Positions 12,583 to 26,091 of a DNA stretch of 64,000 bases are shown in pieces. Where the stretch lies: positions 99,202,001-99,266,000 of the forward strand of contig CM059432.1 of the NCBI GenBank assembly GCA_030390025.1, in the 5' to 3' direction. A model generated the notes under the pieces. It was given only the letters and a program-made list of their open reading frames with translations, was not told the DNA's origin and made no database searches. Source of the DNA: Squalus acanthias. Lineage: Eukaryota. Each line of letters begins with the position of its first letter. Position 1 is the stretch's first letter. The translations under genes were made by a program, and so were the position numbers.

Positions 12583-15500
12583 GGGCTCGATTTTGCCTGG
12601 CCTGAGGAGGCGGGATTGGAGGCGTGAGAGGTGTTAAAATTGCAAAAAATGCCGTGCGGGCCCGAACCCACCTCCATCCTGCCTCCGAGCAATTTTCCCA
12701 GAATCGGGGTTTCAGACCACGTTTCCATCCCGCCTCTTGGAGGCGGGATAGGTCTTTAAGGCCCTTAACAACCACATAATTGCCTCTATAAACCAATTTT
12801 GAGAGGCCTTTCTGATTTTTACACATTTCCCCCATCCTACACGCCTCCTCTGGAACACGCCAGTGAATCCTGGCGGCCTCACAAGTGGATTGCTTAGTAA
12901 CAGCTGCAGCTCCACCATTAAAAAAGGAGTTTTCAGCAATCATCATTTGCAGGTGGCAGAACTTTGTTGTCTCAGGTCTGGGGGAAATTTTAGCAGGCCT
13001 ACTCGTTGTTGTGGAAGTTTGGAGCCTGACACCCATCTCCATTGTGACCTCCTGGGAAACCCCTCTCCCCACCTTGACTGAGCGCTTCCTCAACTGAGGT
13101 ATGTAGCAGAAGCATGGGACCATTTATTTCCTTTCCTCCTGGACATCTGATTCAGACGAAGACCAGCCGCGGCAGCAGCAGAACCCTGAACAACAGCAGC
13201 ACCAACAGCAGGAGCAACAACAGGAGCGCCAAGCTGCTGCTCATCCACTTGAAACTGCACAGGCCAGAAGGCGCCAGAGCGCGACCACATTGCTGCCGGG
13301 ATGCAAGGGACACACTCATGTTGGCCAAATTTGCTTAGCCTGCACAATCAAACACTTTTGTCTCGCACCTCCTTACCAGAGCATTCACAATGGACAAGAA
13401 CCTGCTGATTCCTATCACTCTGACCACCATACTGACAATTGCAAGTCGCCTTAAGCCCTCAATGTGAAAGTCCCATTTACAAAATGACACAGGCCACAAC
13501 TTCAACAGTTTGCCATCAAATCTGTTTATGATACCATGACAAGGATGGCTGGTCCAGATACAATACATCACAGCATCCAAGTGACTACCCTTGTGACTAC
13601 TTGTGCATTATCTTCCTCTTACGCGTGCTCCTATGTAGTGCTTCCTCTGTGACTTCAGCAGATGTGGAGGCCCCTTGCTCACAATCTTGCTGCTCCTGTC
13701 TCGATGCCTTTGGTGGGTGTCCTCTGGGGTTGCGAACCTGTGAGGGCTCGGCAAGAGTCTGCTGCTCCTGCGGCTGTGCAGGGGCTGAGACACCCATCTC
13801 AGTTGGGTGAGGACTCTGGTGGGGCTCTGACCGAGGGCTTTGCAGTGGCATGGTCGTGTGAGCAATTGGAGAGGAGCCCCCACTTCCTTGTTGTCTGCCA
13901 CCAACATCCCCCTCATGGGTCAGCCCCACTTCAGAGCTAGCAAGTGGCTTGACAGCACCTTGCTGCACTTCAGGGGGGCCATGCGGACCCGTTTCTGCAC
14001 TGGAAGTCCTAATCCAGAGAACTTCCATGAAGGTCTGGCTTCTATGCTCAATAGCTGACCATCGCTCCTCAAGAGATGTCAATCTATTCTGAACAATGAC
14101 CATGTTTTCAAGATCCTGGCAACTAAGCTTCTCCATGGCCGTAGCCATCCTCTCCTCTACCATAATCATCCTCTCCTCTGCGGTAGCAAGCCTTACCATG
14201 GAGTTAGCCATCCTTTCCATGGAGGTTGCCATCCTTTCTGCATTGATGCGTTCATGCACCAATGCCTCCACAAAGGCTCTGCTCATGTTCGCGATGCACT
14301 CCTCCATTCGCTCCACACTCGCAGCAACCCTGGAGACAAAACCTGCCAGAGACTCCTGCACCTGTTCCTGGAGTTCCAGCACCGCTCTCCTTCTGGATGG
14401 ACCCGGAGGCACAGGGTCGACATGCAGCTGAGCCAAGCTGGCAGAGTCCTGCACCATCTGACGAGGACTCTCCACTGCTGTCCCTGTCTCCAGCATCTGC
14501 TGATGCTCACTTGTGAGCTGTGATACACCAGGTGCCAACACTACTCTATCTCACGAAGGTCCCACCGAGGTGTGAGTGTCTGCACTGGTGCTGGGTGCGC
14601 TGAATTCTGCTGACGCTGCACCCTCTGAGGAGTCTGGAGGCTCAGGCTCTTCCTCCTGGACAGTGGGGACAGGGGCTTTCAATGGTCCTGTGGGGGAGTA
14701 AAGGAAAGAGTTAGAGATGTGAGGTCAAGGTTACATGCACATTGAATAGTGCAGATGATCATAAGTCAATCTGTTAGAGCATCAGATTCATTATCAGTGA
14801 CTCATGCAATGTCAATGAGAGAGATGCCAAACTATTCTGTCACCAGCTTGCTGTGAAGCGCCCGTCTGTCCGTCCCCCACTTGGGAATCCTCCTCGATCC
14901 TGGCAATTTCCAGAGCCGCCTCCTCCCAGGCGGTGAGCTGGGCTACTGAGGGTGGCCCTCCTCCTGTCCTCGCTCTTTCCCTCTTATTGTGGGCTCTCTT
15001 TTCCTGCAATGAGGGACACAAGTAGAGTTTGAGTGAGAATGAAGGAGTGAGTGTAGAGAATGCATAGCATAGATGCTTAGAAGGAGACAAAGGGCCCTCC
15101 CTGTGTGTTGTAAGTTGTTGTTGTTGTTGCATCACAGTGATAGGGAGTGTGAGGGCTGCATGGTAGAATAGTTAAGTGAATGTGACTATAGAGAGAGAGG
15201 GAATGGGTAAGGGTGCAGGGATGTAAGTGTCAAGTGGGATGTGGAGGAAGAGGTTAGCAAAGCAGAGTGCTGGTGAGGAGAGGCAATGGGGATCAGATTG
15301 AGGGAGATGGGAAAGTTATACTCACTTTTCCTGTGCAGAGAAGGTCATGAAACCTCTTCCTGCATTGCAGCCAGGTTCTGCGGCTCATCGATATGGAGTT
15401 GACCTCCTCGGCCACTTGTAGCCACACAGCTTTAGTCTGCTGAGGTGGCTTTTTTTTCCCTGAGGAAGGGAAGAGCACCTCCTTACTCGATCTTGCTCCC

Positions 15501-15845
15501 TCCACCAGTGCTTGGAGGGAGGGCTCATCGAAGCGTGGAGCACACTTTTGCCTGCTGGTGGACATAGTCGATCAATGAATTCCTTACTATAATCACCATA
15601 AGCTTTGCAGTCTCCAGAAGAAGCAAGGCTGCTTGCAGGCCTTAAATCCAGCAGCATTTATGACGTCATCGGAGGCGATTTTCTGTATGAAAAGACTAAT
15701 TGGGCCAGGGGTTCCCACACGCTGGAAATCAATTGCCCAATTAGGGCAAAATCGCACTTTTTCCCCACTTCACATTGGAGTCGGGATCCTGACACGAATG
15801 CCACCTGACACGCCCCAGCCCGCCCACACTGGCAAAATCCAGCCC
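12583..15845. mobile_element. Harbinger element retaining Myb gene, transposase largely deleted
   Basis: TIR GGGCTCGATTTTGCC...GGCAAAATCCAGCCC; probable CGT TSD; Gln-rich transposase N-terminal remnant on + at ~13113-13300. Confidence 0.9.
13597..15565 (-). pseudogene. Three-exon Harbinger Myb/SANT DNA-binding protein gene (~496 aa) with one in-frame stop
   Basis: Exons 15565-15326, 15003-14844 and 14687-13597 with GT-AG introns in compatible phases (0,1). SANT motif PRFDEPSLQALV...W..VAEEVNS...RTWLQCRKRFHDL, then EKRAHNKRERARTGGG. TGA at 14553-14551. Confidence 0.88.
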
Positions 15846-15859
15846 GTTGTGTAATTTCT

Positions 15860-16690
15860 CATAACTCTCAAGCCCGAACTCTATAACCTGTTGAACGGGG
15901 CAAGGGCTAATTCCGCATGTCCTACAATACACATTGATGAGATCCCCCTCCTTAACCACAACATTTCTACACTGCAAAGCATGAATTTCCTCATAGCTCA
16001 TCTGCTTTACAATAAGATCAGTTGTGTTGCTCTCTCCTGTACCCTTTCCAGTTCATAAATATCTTTTTTTTATGACATGGTAATTTGAATATGAACACAA
16101 TAATCCAACTTGATACCATGGATGAGAAATTTTAGCTATGAGGAGAGATTAGAGAAACTGAGGTTCTTTTCATTAGAACAGTGGAGGTTAAGAGGAAATC
16201 TGAAAAAGGTGTTCAAAATTATGAAGTGTTTTAATAAGGTAAATAGGGCAAAATTGTTTTCACTGGTCACTGGGTCAATAACTAGTAGGCATAAATCTAA
16301 GACCATCATCACTAGAACAAAGGGAAGAAATAGGAGAAATTTCTTCATGCAGAGGGTTAAGACAAAAGGGACAATTTTATTTTAACCCACACGTCGGGAA
16401 ACTGATGACACCAGGTGCAATGCTGGTTTTACTCCCACCCAATTTTGCTCTCCATTGAAGGTGTAAAACACATCCGATCATGTGGGTTTCCCATCCGGCA
16501 GGTTAAGTTAGAATTACCCCCATGGAATGCCCTACCAGAAACAGTGGCAGAAGCAGATTACAGCTTTTAAAGGGGAAGTGGTTAAATCTTTGAAGAAGCA
16601 TAAAGAAGTATGGGGAAGGGGCCAAGGAATGGAAATCTAACTAGCTCTTTCAGGAAGTGAGTGCATGCGATGTGATGTAAACATCTATGA
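15860..16690. mobile_element. Old CR1 3' fragments (inverted plus forward)
   Basis: SYEERLEKLRFFSLEQWRLRGNL on + at 16110-16385; similar motif on - at 15860-16050. Confidence 0.7.
16368..16520. mobile_element. Palindromic Harbinger-type MITE within CR1 fragment
   Basis: GGGACAATTTTATTTTAACC...GGTTAAGTTAGAATTACCCC; CR1 resumes at ATGGAATGCCCTACC. Confidence 0.65.
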
Positions 16691-16869
16691 TTGTGCATGA
16701 TTCTCCCTGTTTTGAAACCAAGGAAATGTTCTTTTAACATATTGGGGCTGATGGTTCTGATTCCTTTGTGCCTTGCTGAATTCTACATTTTGGATGGCTG
16801 CTGGTATTTATTTTCATGATGTTTAGGATTATTTGACAATTCAGATAAATGCATTAGTCTTTTGAAAGC

Positions 16870-17043
16870 ACAGTCGACTCTGAATAATTTAAAGTCATTT
16901 TTTGGAGCTAAATTATTCAAATTATCCAATAATTCAAATTAAGCAAGATAAATAACACAAAAAGTGGGAATTTAGCACTTAAAAAAAAAGAATTATTAAT
17001 GAATTTGAATAATGCAACTTTGAATTAAGAGGAGTAGATTGTA
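16870..17043. mobile_element. Old Tigger/TcMar-like palindromic MITE
   Basis: Left end CAGTCGACTCTGAATAATTTAAAG; degenerate inverted right end CTTTGAATTAAGAGGAGTAGATTGTA. Confidence 0.5.
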
Positions 17044-19840
17044 TGGTAATCAGTGAGTAATATTCATCTTTCCCACCTTTTAAATTACTCATAGCAACAT
17101 ATGTCAATACACTAGTAATTCCACTTTCTTTTTGGGTTGCAAATCCAGTGCAGTGGAACACAAAGGCAAGAAACTGGGGTGGAACCCATTTCCATGCCTT
17201 TCTGCCCCGTACTGGCTCCTCCAAGAACATCTAATGGAGCGGGCCAGGCGTCTCTTACTTAATTTGAATTATTGGATAACTTGAATAATTTAGCTCCAAA
17301 AAATGATTGCCTGTAAACCTCATTATCAAATAACATTAAGCATAAGTGGGGGAAAATGTAAAATTTCAAAATATTTGTGGCGTTTTTATTTACAAAATAT
17401 TTCTTTTTACTTTAATGCTGACATTTTTCTTTAGCCCTGAAACAGTGGAATACTTTTGTCAGCATAGGGCTGCACATGATTCGAATCCATCATAAACCAA
17501 TATAGAAAATCAGCAATGTAGGCATTTACTTTTGAATTCTAGAAACTGATACGATAAAATTCTAAATGCTGATGATGATATTGAACATTTCCAATTAAAA
17601 TATTAGCCAAACACTATACTTGTATAACATCCTAAATCAGTACAGACGTTTGATCTCAACTAATCTTTGGTGTAAAGAACTGCATTTTATGACTGACCTT
17701 CATTCATTTCATACATGTCACTGTGGAGATCCATTTTTATTGGCAATACTTAGTGTTGACCAAGAAATACTGCTTGCGAAGGTTAATGCAGCAAGCAATA
17801 AACCATAGCTATTTCATCCTAATGGTCATAAAAATAAAAGGTACTGTCTTTGATGTTGTTGACCTGTAAGTAACTATGATCTATGGTACGATTAGACAGT
17901 TGGTTTTGCATCACAGGTGAGTGTAAGGCATGTCTTTTCTCAGGATGATGCAGCGAACTTCAGTGAACTGTTTACTTGTAAAATAGGGCAGTAACAGAAT
18001 TAAAATCTTTTATTACTCATTTTTCAAATGGTTATAGGACATTTCTAAATAGCCATCTGCTACGGTTCATACAACCTAAGTGGGTGGATGTGTAATAAAT
18101 AACAGTCGTGTGCAATTTCCACCTAGTTAATTTTCTACATGGGCAGAAATGATAAAGTGGCCATGACCGTGTTTGGATCTGAGGTTTGAGCCTTATTTGA
18201 CCGTATGTTCAGAGTGAAGAAATAGACCAGGCTGCATTTTTGACTTATCTTCCTAAAGTTGACTACAAAAATCATCCATGCGAACTAAGCATTTCAATTT
18301 TATTGAAATGAAAAAGCCAAGTAGCAGATAAATTCTGTGCATCGTAGTCACAAAGAAGGCTTTTAAAATCGGGCAGCACATCCTGTGCACTGTTTTCAAA
18401 CTGTTTTGTGGATTGACACTTCCAGGAGCAGCAGCAAAGAAGGAGCATTTTTCATGCGTTTATAAAACCGCTACAATTTGCAGTAACAGATTTTGTTTGG
18501 CCATTGATTCTTCTGGCAGTTCTGCAAGCTAGGCTGATTTTGAGCACTATCCCATTAGAGGCAAATGTTAAGTCTTGTAAATCCAATTTTCCACATAAAA
18601 TGTTCAGGAAATCTGGGAACATTTGATGTAATTATCTGCTATGCTGTGCTTTTGTATTTGGTCTTAAATCATACATGCATGTATATATCCAAGAAGTGGT
18701 ATTGAGATTTTGTCCAAAACACAATAATGTACCAGTGGTCCATTAATTTTTGAAAGTGCATTCTCAGCTTCTCTTCCTTTCATTAGCCTCCTCCAAGGCT
18801 ATTGACCTCCACATGAAATTGGCCAAATACATTCCTTGATGGCTTCTAATGACCACGCCAATTCATGATGTACTGCCTGAAAGTAAGCACTCCATGGGGG
18901 AAAATAAACAGTGCCAAGAAACTGAAATTAGAATTCTCTGGGCTAATGGCCAGATGTACCATGCTCAGCTTATAATCATGCTACATGTGGAACCTATATG
19001 GTACAATTCTACACTAGTTTGGTTTTGAAACATTGAACACTAAACTTTAACACCACTCCTCTTAGGTAAGTTTTGCAATTATTAACGAAAGTCTCCGGTG
19101 TGCCTCTTTTGTCAAAATTGGAGTAGCAAAGGTTTCCGGGTCAGTTAATTATTTTGTTTTCTTTCCTTTTACATTCTGGCTCTTAAAGCTCTTTTGATGG
19201 GCATTGCTTCATTTGATATGCAACTCTGATACTGAACTTACATTGACCACCCAGAAGATTTTGAAAGCAGGAAATAAAACATTCTCAATTCCCTAGTTCC
19301 AGAGCCAGCTGTGGCCAGGCTTACAATATTACAAAGGTGCAGCCACTGAAAGACAGCTGAGAATTCTTCTAAGGTATAAGTGCCTGCGAATAAAACCATG
19401 AGGTCAGGCGAATGACTTGGTGAGCACTTACGACTGCAAAGCTGGCAAAGGTTAGCATGTTTGAGCCTACTGCCCCTTTCCTTCCTTCCATGATAATCTC
19501 TAAATGAATATCTGTGGTAGGCCTAATTTCAGTTTGTGTAATCCTTGCAGTATTGTGAAGTCTATTTCAAAACCAATATAAACAAAAGTCATTACTGCTG
19601 TTTAGAAAGGTTGCACACAGAAGTATGTGGATATAGTATAGGTGATGAAAGAAATTATGCAAAAGGAATAGACAAAACAGGAAGACATAAAAAAAACAAT
19701 GAAATAATACAGAGAATGTGAATCATCGTAAATGGTATACAAAACTGGTTGGTTGGTTGAGAGGTTTGTTGTAACAGGCAATTACTCAAGTTGGGCAGTG
19801 ATGGCCAGTACAAAATTAACAACATTTCTTTAGCACAGTA

Positions 19841-19998
19841 GGGGTCATTTTATGAAATTGCTTTCCTGTGAGGGAGCCTTGCCAACCGAGAGCATATATA
19901 AAGGGGTCGGGTGCGAATTCCCCCGTGGTTTTCTGTACATTAAAACCAATGGATGGATGAGACTCTGCCCTGGGAGCGTGATTTCATAAAATTACCCC
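19841..19998. mobile_element. Harbinger-type MITE
   Basis: TIR GGGGTCATTTTATGAAAT...ATTTCATAAAATTACCCC. Confidence 0.75.
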
Positions 19999-20824
19999 TT
20001 GTGTCCCAATGCCCGATTGTAGCAGAGCACCCTGGTGTTGTAAGTCTGCTGCTTGAAAAAAGCATTTTTCTCATCGTTCAAGTGAACAGAATCTATCACC
20101 CAGTGATGCATATTCTTTGGGGATGAATCAGTTATGTTGACCAGCTGTTTACAAGAGCTCCTATTCCAAAGTCCCACCTCACTATGATCTTACGAGCTAT
20201 ACAAGAAACATAGGAAAAGTTCATGACAACCTGTATCATTTGTCTCATTAATTTCAATTCATCCTTCTCTTAGTGAAGTGATGTGTTGCTGTCTCTGACA
20301 GATAGCAGATACTCTAGTGGTATCCAAATAAGCAGAATGAAAGATAACATTATTCCGACAGTAGTTCAGTGGGACTAAGTAAACATTTTGACGCTTTGTT
20401 TAGTAACATATTCAATAGAAGCTGCATTATTTAAATGTTAAATGTTTCCGGAGGGATTTGTCCCTTTGCATGCCTGACAACCACTGCAGGAGAATCCTTT
20501 GAACCAATTTTCCCCAGTCGATTTATCCAGATTTTAGTTGTACAAATTTTGGCATGTATGCAAGTGGAGTCCCACAGGCATCAGTCCTTGGGCAGCTGTA
20601 AGTCATATTATTTTATTAATGACCTTGACAAAGGAATAGTAAACTACATACTCAAGTTAGCAAATGCAGCAGAATTGTGTAAATTCTGAAATAATTGGCC
20701 ATAATATAATGGAGGCACCAGATGAATGTAAATCAATGCATATAAGTACTAGAAGAATACCATTTGTAATGAATGTATAATCTTGCATATGGGCAACAAT
20801 AATGAGTATGGTGCATTAAATGAC

Positions 20825-21640
20825 TGTTAGCGGAGTTCCTCCGTGGTTACTGTTGCAACAAAGGGTTGTTAGTCCGGCAATATTAACTCAGCTCATGAGT
20901 GGTTTTTATAATAACAAGCTTGATTAATTGACATTGACTAATAACAGTATTAGATTTTATATAACTGTTCTACAGTGTTATATTAAATGACAAACTGACA
21001 TGCAAATAATACAACCTGCTTCCTAGGCCCAGAGTGATCACTTCATCTCTAGGCTGCCTGCATGTCTATGGGCTTCCGAATGACCTTGATAGTTCTCCAA
21101 CCCCCAAGAGAACCACACAGTCCATGTTACCATGGCATGGAGCGACCAGCTCCAGCCCTCCAGGCCATCCATGCAGCTATGTGGTTCTGACCATCCCGAG
21201 AATGCTCTGCCCTTGGGGAGAAGCAGATTCTATTCTTATACTATAATACAACATTGGCCTGTGCCTAAGTAATACGTAATACATAGTTACACGTTTAGCT
21301 GAGGCAACATTTTTAGGTCTTTACCCCGCTTATAATCTTTTTGGCCTTTGCCTCTGTTCTACAAGCTTTGTTTATAATACAGTAAGTGTGTAGGCCAATC
21401 TTTATCTTTTACTGTGATGTGTGGTGTCTTGGCAACAGGTCTCTTATCAGGGTATAAGCCTTTTACTCAACCTGGGTGTTTATCAATCCGTGTCCTTGCA
21501 CTTCTAAACAGTCTGTTGTTCATACATAGAGACAAGATTCAAGTTCCCCTTTCTCCCACATTTGCTCTAACACTAAAAATGCTAAGGGAAAGGATGCTGG
21601 GATATCTTGACCATTTAAATCATCTTAAAGCATTCCAACA
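20825..21640 (-). mobile_element. Possible solo LTR
   Basis: TGTTAG...CCAACA termini; imperfect 5-bp flanks ATGAC/GTGAT; TATA-like motif on - at ~21235-21245. Weak. Confidence 0.3.
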
Positions 21641-21769
21641 GTGATCAAATAACATTAATGCTTGTACAGTAAGAGACTGCGTCCCAAAGTAAATGAAATA
21701 TTGGGGTACACATCCAGCTGCGTAAGAGTAAACTTGCCATACACACATAGGAATTTGCAGCAGAGAAGG

Positions 21770-24635
21770 AAGTAATTAGACCGATTGTGCCCGATAATAA
21801 CCCTAAGGCGGGTTCTGAGCGGTAGGGTGGGTAGGGGTAATAGCAGGCACAAAGCTCAGATGAAGTTTTGACATGTTAGAATGTCCAATTTCTACATGGC
21901 GACCTAATTATGATTTTACTTCCGGAATTCGCATCACCGATGCACTTCAGCAGGAGTGGTGTGCATCCACATGACGCTATGTCAACTCAAGTATATAAAG
22001 GGCCAATTCAAAGATGGAATGTGGAGGAGTTAGGAGTTTGAACAAAGAGAGAGAGAAGTTTCATGATGGATTCAAGACGGGCAAGGGCTGTGCCACGATT
22101 TAGTGAAGCTTCACTTGATGTGCTTCTGGGTACAGTGAGGAGCAAGAAGGAAATAATCTTCCCCAGCAACGGGAGGAAGAAAACAACTGCTGTCACCAAG
22201 AATGCATGGTTGGAGGTGCTGCGGAGGTCAGCAGCAGGAATTTTGTGGCCCGTTCCTGGATATAGTCGAAGAAGCACTTTAATGATCTAACCAGGGCAGA
22301 AAAGGTGAGTACAGTTGCACATTCACCTACAGCCTGTGGTGTACAACACTCCACTCTCACTCTGTCTTCTCGAGCCTACTCACATCACTCCACACACCCA
22401 CTTAACTTTCAACAGCAGCCATTGCTTACTTTCTATGCTCATCCTTACCTCCCCATTTATCCATCCACCACTGCTACTCACCCCAATTATTATGCAATGT
22501 GATTCATCTGCCTGATAGTCACCCTCGCCCAATGCACTGCATCCATTGGGTGAACATATGCCCTTACAGACACTCATAGGTCTGTTCTTGCCCCCATTGC
22601 AGGAGAAGAGAGCGCAAAACATAAGGGAGAGGGAGAGGACTGGAGGTGGGCTGCCACAGATTGTGCAGCTGGCAGATGCATCGGAGGAGGCAATGGAGAT
22701 CAGTGGCAGCTCTGCATCTCTGACCATCGGAGAAGGAGAGACTAGGAATTCACAGATGCCTGCTGACAGAATTAAAATATATATCTGACACACATCTCAT
22801 ACAAGACCAAGTCATGTTAACTTTATTTGAGCAACGAGTGAAATATGATATGCCTGATTATGCTGAGTGGCAACATAGCTACATTGCCAGCGCTAATTCA
22901 TATCCCTTTCTTCTCTCCCATCAGGGCCGTCATGCATAGAGCATCAGTCACAGCAGTCTGCTGACTTACCTGAGGATGATTGCTCAGTGGATCTCATAGT
23001 GGATTGGTACCGCAGGTCATGGCAAGAATGTCTGCCATGGAGAGAGTGACCGCATCTGTGGAACTTTAAGTATGGGTATCTAATGAGTCTATTCAGGCAA
23101 TGACCACAGCCATGCAGACGATGGAAGCCAGCATTTCTGCCACCTTAAATAAGATGACAGATACCTTATCCATGGCCTTATGGTACGTCACTGATCTGCA
23201 CCAAGCTGCTGTCCAGTAGTGTGAGAGGGATGATGTGCTGCTGGCCCAGGGAAGAATGATGGTGAAAGGGGACATGGAAGTGGGAACGCAACTCAAAGTG
23301 CTCCCACGTCTCACCCCTTGGCCCCCACCCCCCCCTCCCCCCTCAATCAGTCAGTGCCCGACATGCTGCCTCCTCTCCCAATAGCCAAGTCTGCCCCTGA
23401 ACATGTGAAGGTGGAGCAGTCTTTGGCGGGGTTCTCACGGGTGCCAAGAACAGAGGTTATAAGTGAAGAGCATCTCAACAGTCAGAGCAGGGATCTGAGC
23501 AGCCTGCCTCTATCTCTGCTGAAGCCACAGCGGTTGCTGTATGTAGGAGCGGTAAGCAGACTAAGAGAAAACAATTGTAATTCACCAAGGGTATGCACAT
23601 GGTTGTTTGAGAAAATGTTATGTTGTTAAGTTTCCTTTTGTTATCACGGCACATAACATTTATTCATTTGCATCACTTTCCCATGCTGCCCATTCTAGCG
23701 TGCTGAGTGGCAACTCGCCTTTTCATTTGCTTGGTGATGAAACTGAAGACATGAATGGTCGGGACCAATTGGGGGATGTGTAATGTGTGGGTGGTTGGTT
23801 GGAGGACTGCTTTGTGTGACTGGTGGTGGTGGGGGGGCGGGGGGGAAGGGGAGAGGGGAGAGGGGTGTGCGGGGGAGAGAGTCCGCAGGATGTGATAGTT
23901 ACTTTGGTCCCGTATGCATGACTAACTGAACCGTTGCGCTATTCCTGGCATCCTGAGCAGCAATGTGAGCACTTGGTCTGGCGCTGGGTTCCCCATCTTC
24001 ATCTTCCGCCTCCTCTTCTTCATTGGTCTCATCATCAGATGATGAGTGATGAGCGCCTTCTTCGTCCTCCACCTCTAATCCTCGCTGCTGTGTAGGAGGC
24101 AACACACCACGATCATTCTGGATACCCTCACTGGCAAGTACCGAAGGGCACCTGCAGACCTATCTAGGTACCAGAAGCGTATCTTCAGCATGCCGATTGC
24201 TTGCTCGATGACACATCTGGTGATCATGTGGCTGTTGTACCACTCTTGGACTTCATTGGTGGGGTTCCTCACAGGTGTCATGAGCCAAGTTTGAAGGGAG
24301 TATCCTTTATCTCCTAAGAGCCATCCCTTCAGTCTGCTTCCAGGTATGAAGAAGTCGGGGATGTTGGACTGCCACAAAATGAAAGCATCATGGCAGCTCC
24401 CAGGGAACCTGCCGTACATCTGCATCAACCTTTTCTTGTAGTTGCACACTAGTTGCACATTGATGGAATGAAATCCCTTGGAGTTGATGAATACACCTGG
24501 TTGATCTGGTTGTCCTCAGACTGAGACATGTGTGCAATTGATGGCAACCTATACCTGTGGGAAGCCAGCCACAGATGCGAATCAGACTACCTGCTTATTC
24601 TGGCTATTTTCGTCGCAGGGAAGTTGACATAAGTC
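21770..24635. mobile_element. Degenerate autonomous-type Harbinger (Myb on +, transposase on -), right end missing
   Basis: Myb exons at 22063-22304, ~22602-22763 (EKRAQNIRERERTGGG) and ~22925-23580; convergent transposase. Confidence 0.88.
23910..24630 (-). pseudogene. Harbinger (HARBI1-like) DDE transposase, catalytic-domain remnant
   Basis: FPGSCHDAFIL, WLLGDKGY, TRCVIEQAIGMLKIRF, VVCC, acidic tail; frameshifted. Confidence 0.92.
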
Positions 24636-25101
24636 TTTCAATCTTTCCAAAGACTTTCGGAATGATTGTTCCCTATTGTGCCACTCCCCTTTAATTGTTC
24701 TCATCAGTTTAAATTTTACTTACTCCAAATTTTCAATTCCCATCACCAGTTTGCTCCCTAGACCATCTAAATCTGTCACTGAAGTTATGATAATGAACTG
24801 AGTTAGTGCATTGTTTCACCCAATTTACCTATCATTTGAGTGTGTCAAAAACCCACCAACAGCTGCTTTCTGGCATCAACTGCTACAGCAAAAGGAAATT
24901 CTAGGCAATAGGATAATTGGTTATTGACTGCATTAAGATAGTGGATTGAAGAATTTATAGACATATGAAAATATGAAAACAAGGGCGAGAAAGAAAGGAT
25001 TGTCCCTCAGATGCTGTAACCTCATGCAGCATCCATCCCAATTGCTAGAAACCACTCAAACATTATCAGTGTTGAATTTGCTGGAATTTCTCCCTATGTG
25101 T

Positions 25102-25567
25102 CAGCTGTGGCTCAGCGGTAGCACTCTCACCTCTGAGTCAGCAGGTTATGAGTTGAAGCACCACTTCAGAGACCTGAGCACAAAATCTACGCTGACATTC
25201 CAACGGAGTACTGAGGGAGTGCTGCACCATCGAAGGTGCCATCTTTCGGACTAGACGGTAAATCGAGGCCCCATCTGCCCTCTCAGGTGGACGCAAAAGA
25301 TGCCATAGCACTATTTTGAAGAAGAATATGGGAGTTCTCTTTGGTGTGCTGGCCAATATTTATCCTTCAATCAATATCACTAAAAAAGACCAGATTATCT
25401 GGTTATTATCATATTGCTGTTTGTGGACCTTAGTGTGTTCAAATTGGCGGCCACATTTCCAACATTACAACAGTGACTACACTTCAAAAGTACTTAATTG
25501 GCTGTAAAGCACTTTGGGATGTCCTGAGGTCATGAAAGGTGTTACATAAATACAAGTCTTTCTTTCT
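25102..25567 (+). mobile_element. tRNA-headed DeuSINE (SacSINE1/AmnSINE1-like), full length
   Basis: A-box TGGCTCAGCGG; central GAGGGAGTGCTGCAC...GGCCAATATTTATCC body; L2-type tail GTAAAGCACTTTGGGA...ATAAATACAAGTCTTTCTTT. Confidence 0.85.
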
Positions 25568-26091
25568 GACTCCAAAAGGCAATTAAATTATCTCCAGCAG
25601 ACTATGCTTGCCCATGAATCACCACTAAAAATATTTAACTAATCATCCCTTATTCCTCCCCACCAGCTATGTCGCAAAGTCCCTAGGAACATTTGATGCG
25701 TTTAAACATTCATACAATTATATCGCCAACACTACTTTCTATTCAAAGATCTTGACAGATTCCATTTTTTCCCCATCAAAACAACCAGAAGAGACGTCAT
25801 TAGAAAGTAGCACAATATCATTGCAATCTCCCCAACCTCCTTCCTCCTTGTTGGAATCATTTATCTTCAAGGGATACTAATAAATACATGTTGGATGATA
25901 CTGAGTTCACTGATCCAGTCTGATCAAAGCCACCATGCCCTTGTTAGAGGTCAGAGTTTTAGCGATATAGGGAGTGAGTTTACAGCTAAGCTTGATCCCA
26001 CTAACCAAAAATGTGTCTACTTCTCAAATCTAGCTGATTTGGTGATGTTCTAGCAATCAGATATCTGAGCCTAACCCTTTGGAAAAAAAAT

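Noticed and set aside
15326..15565. Host NAIF1/MSANTD gene
   Set aside because: Lies within a TIR-bounded multicopy element and has a premature stop downstream
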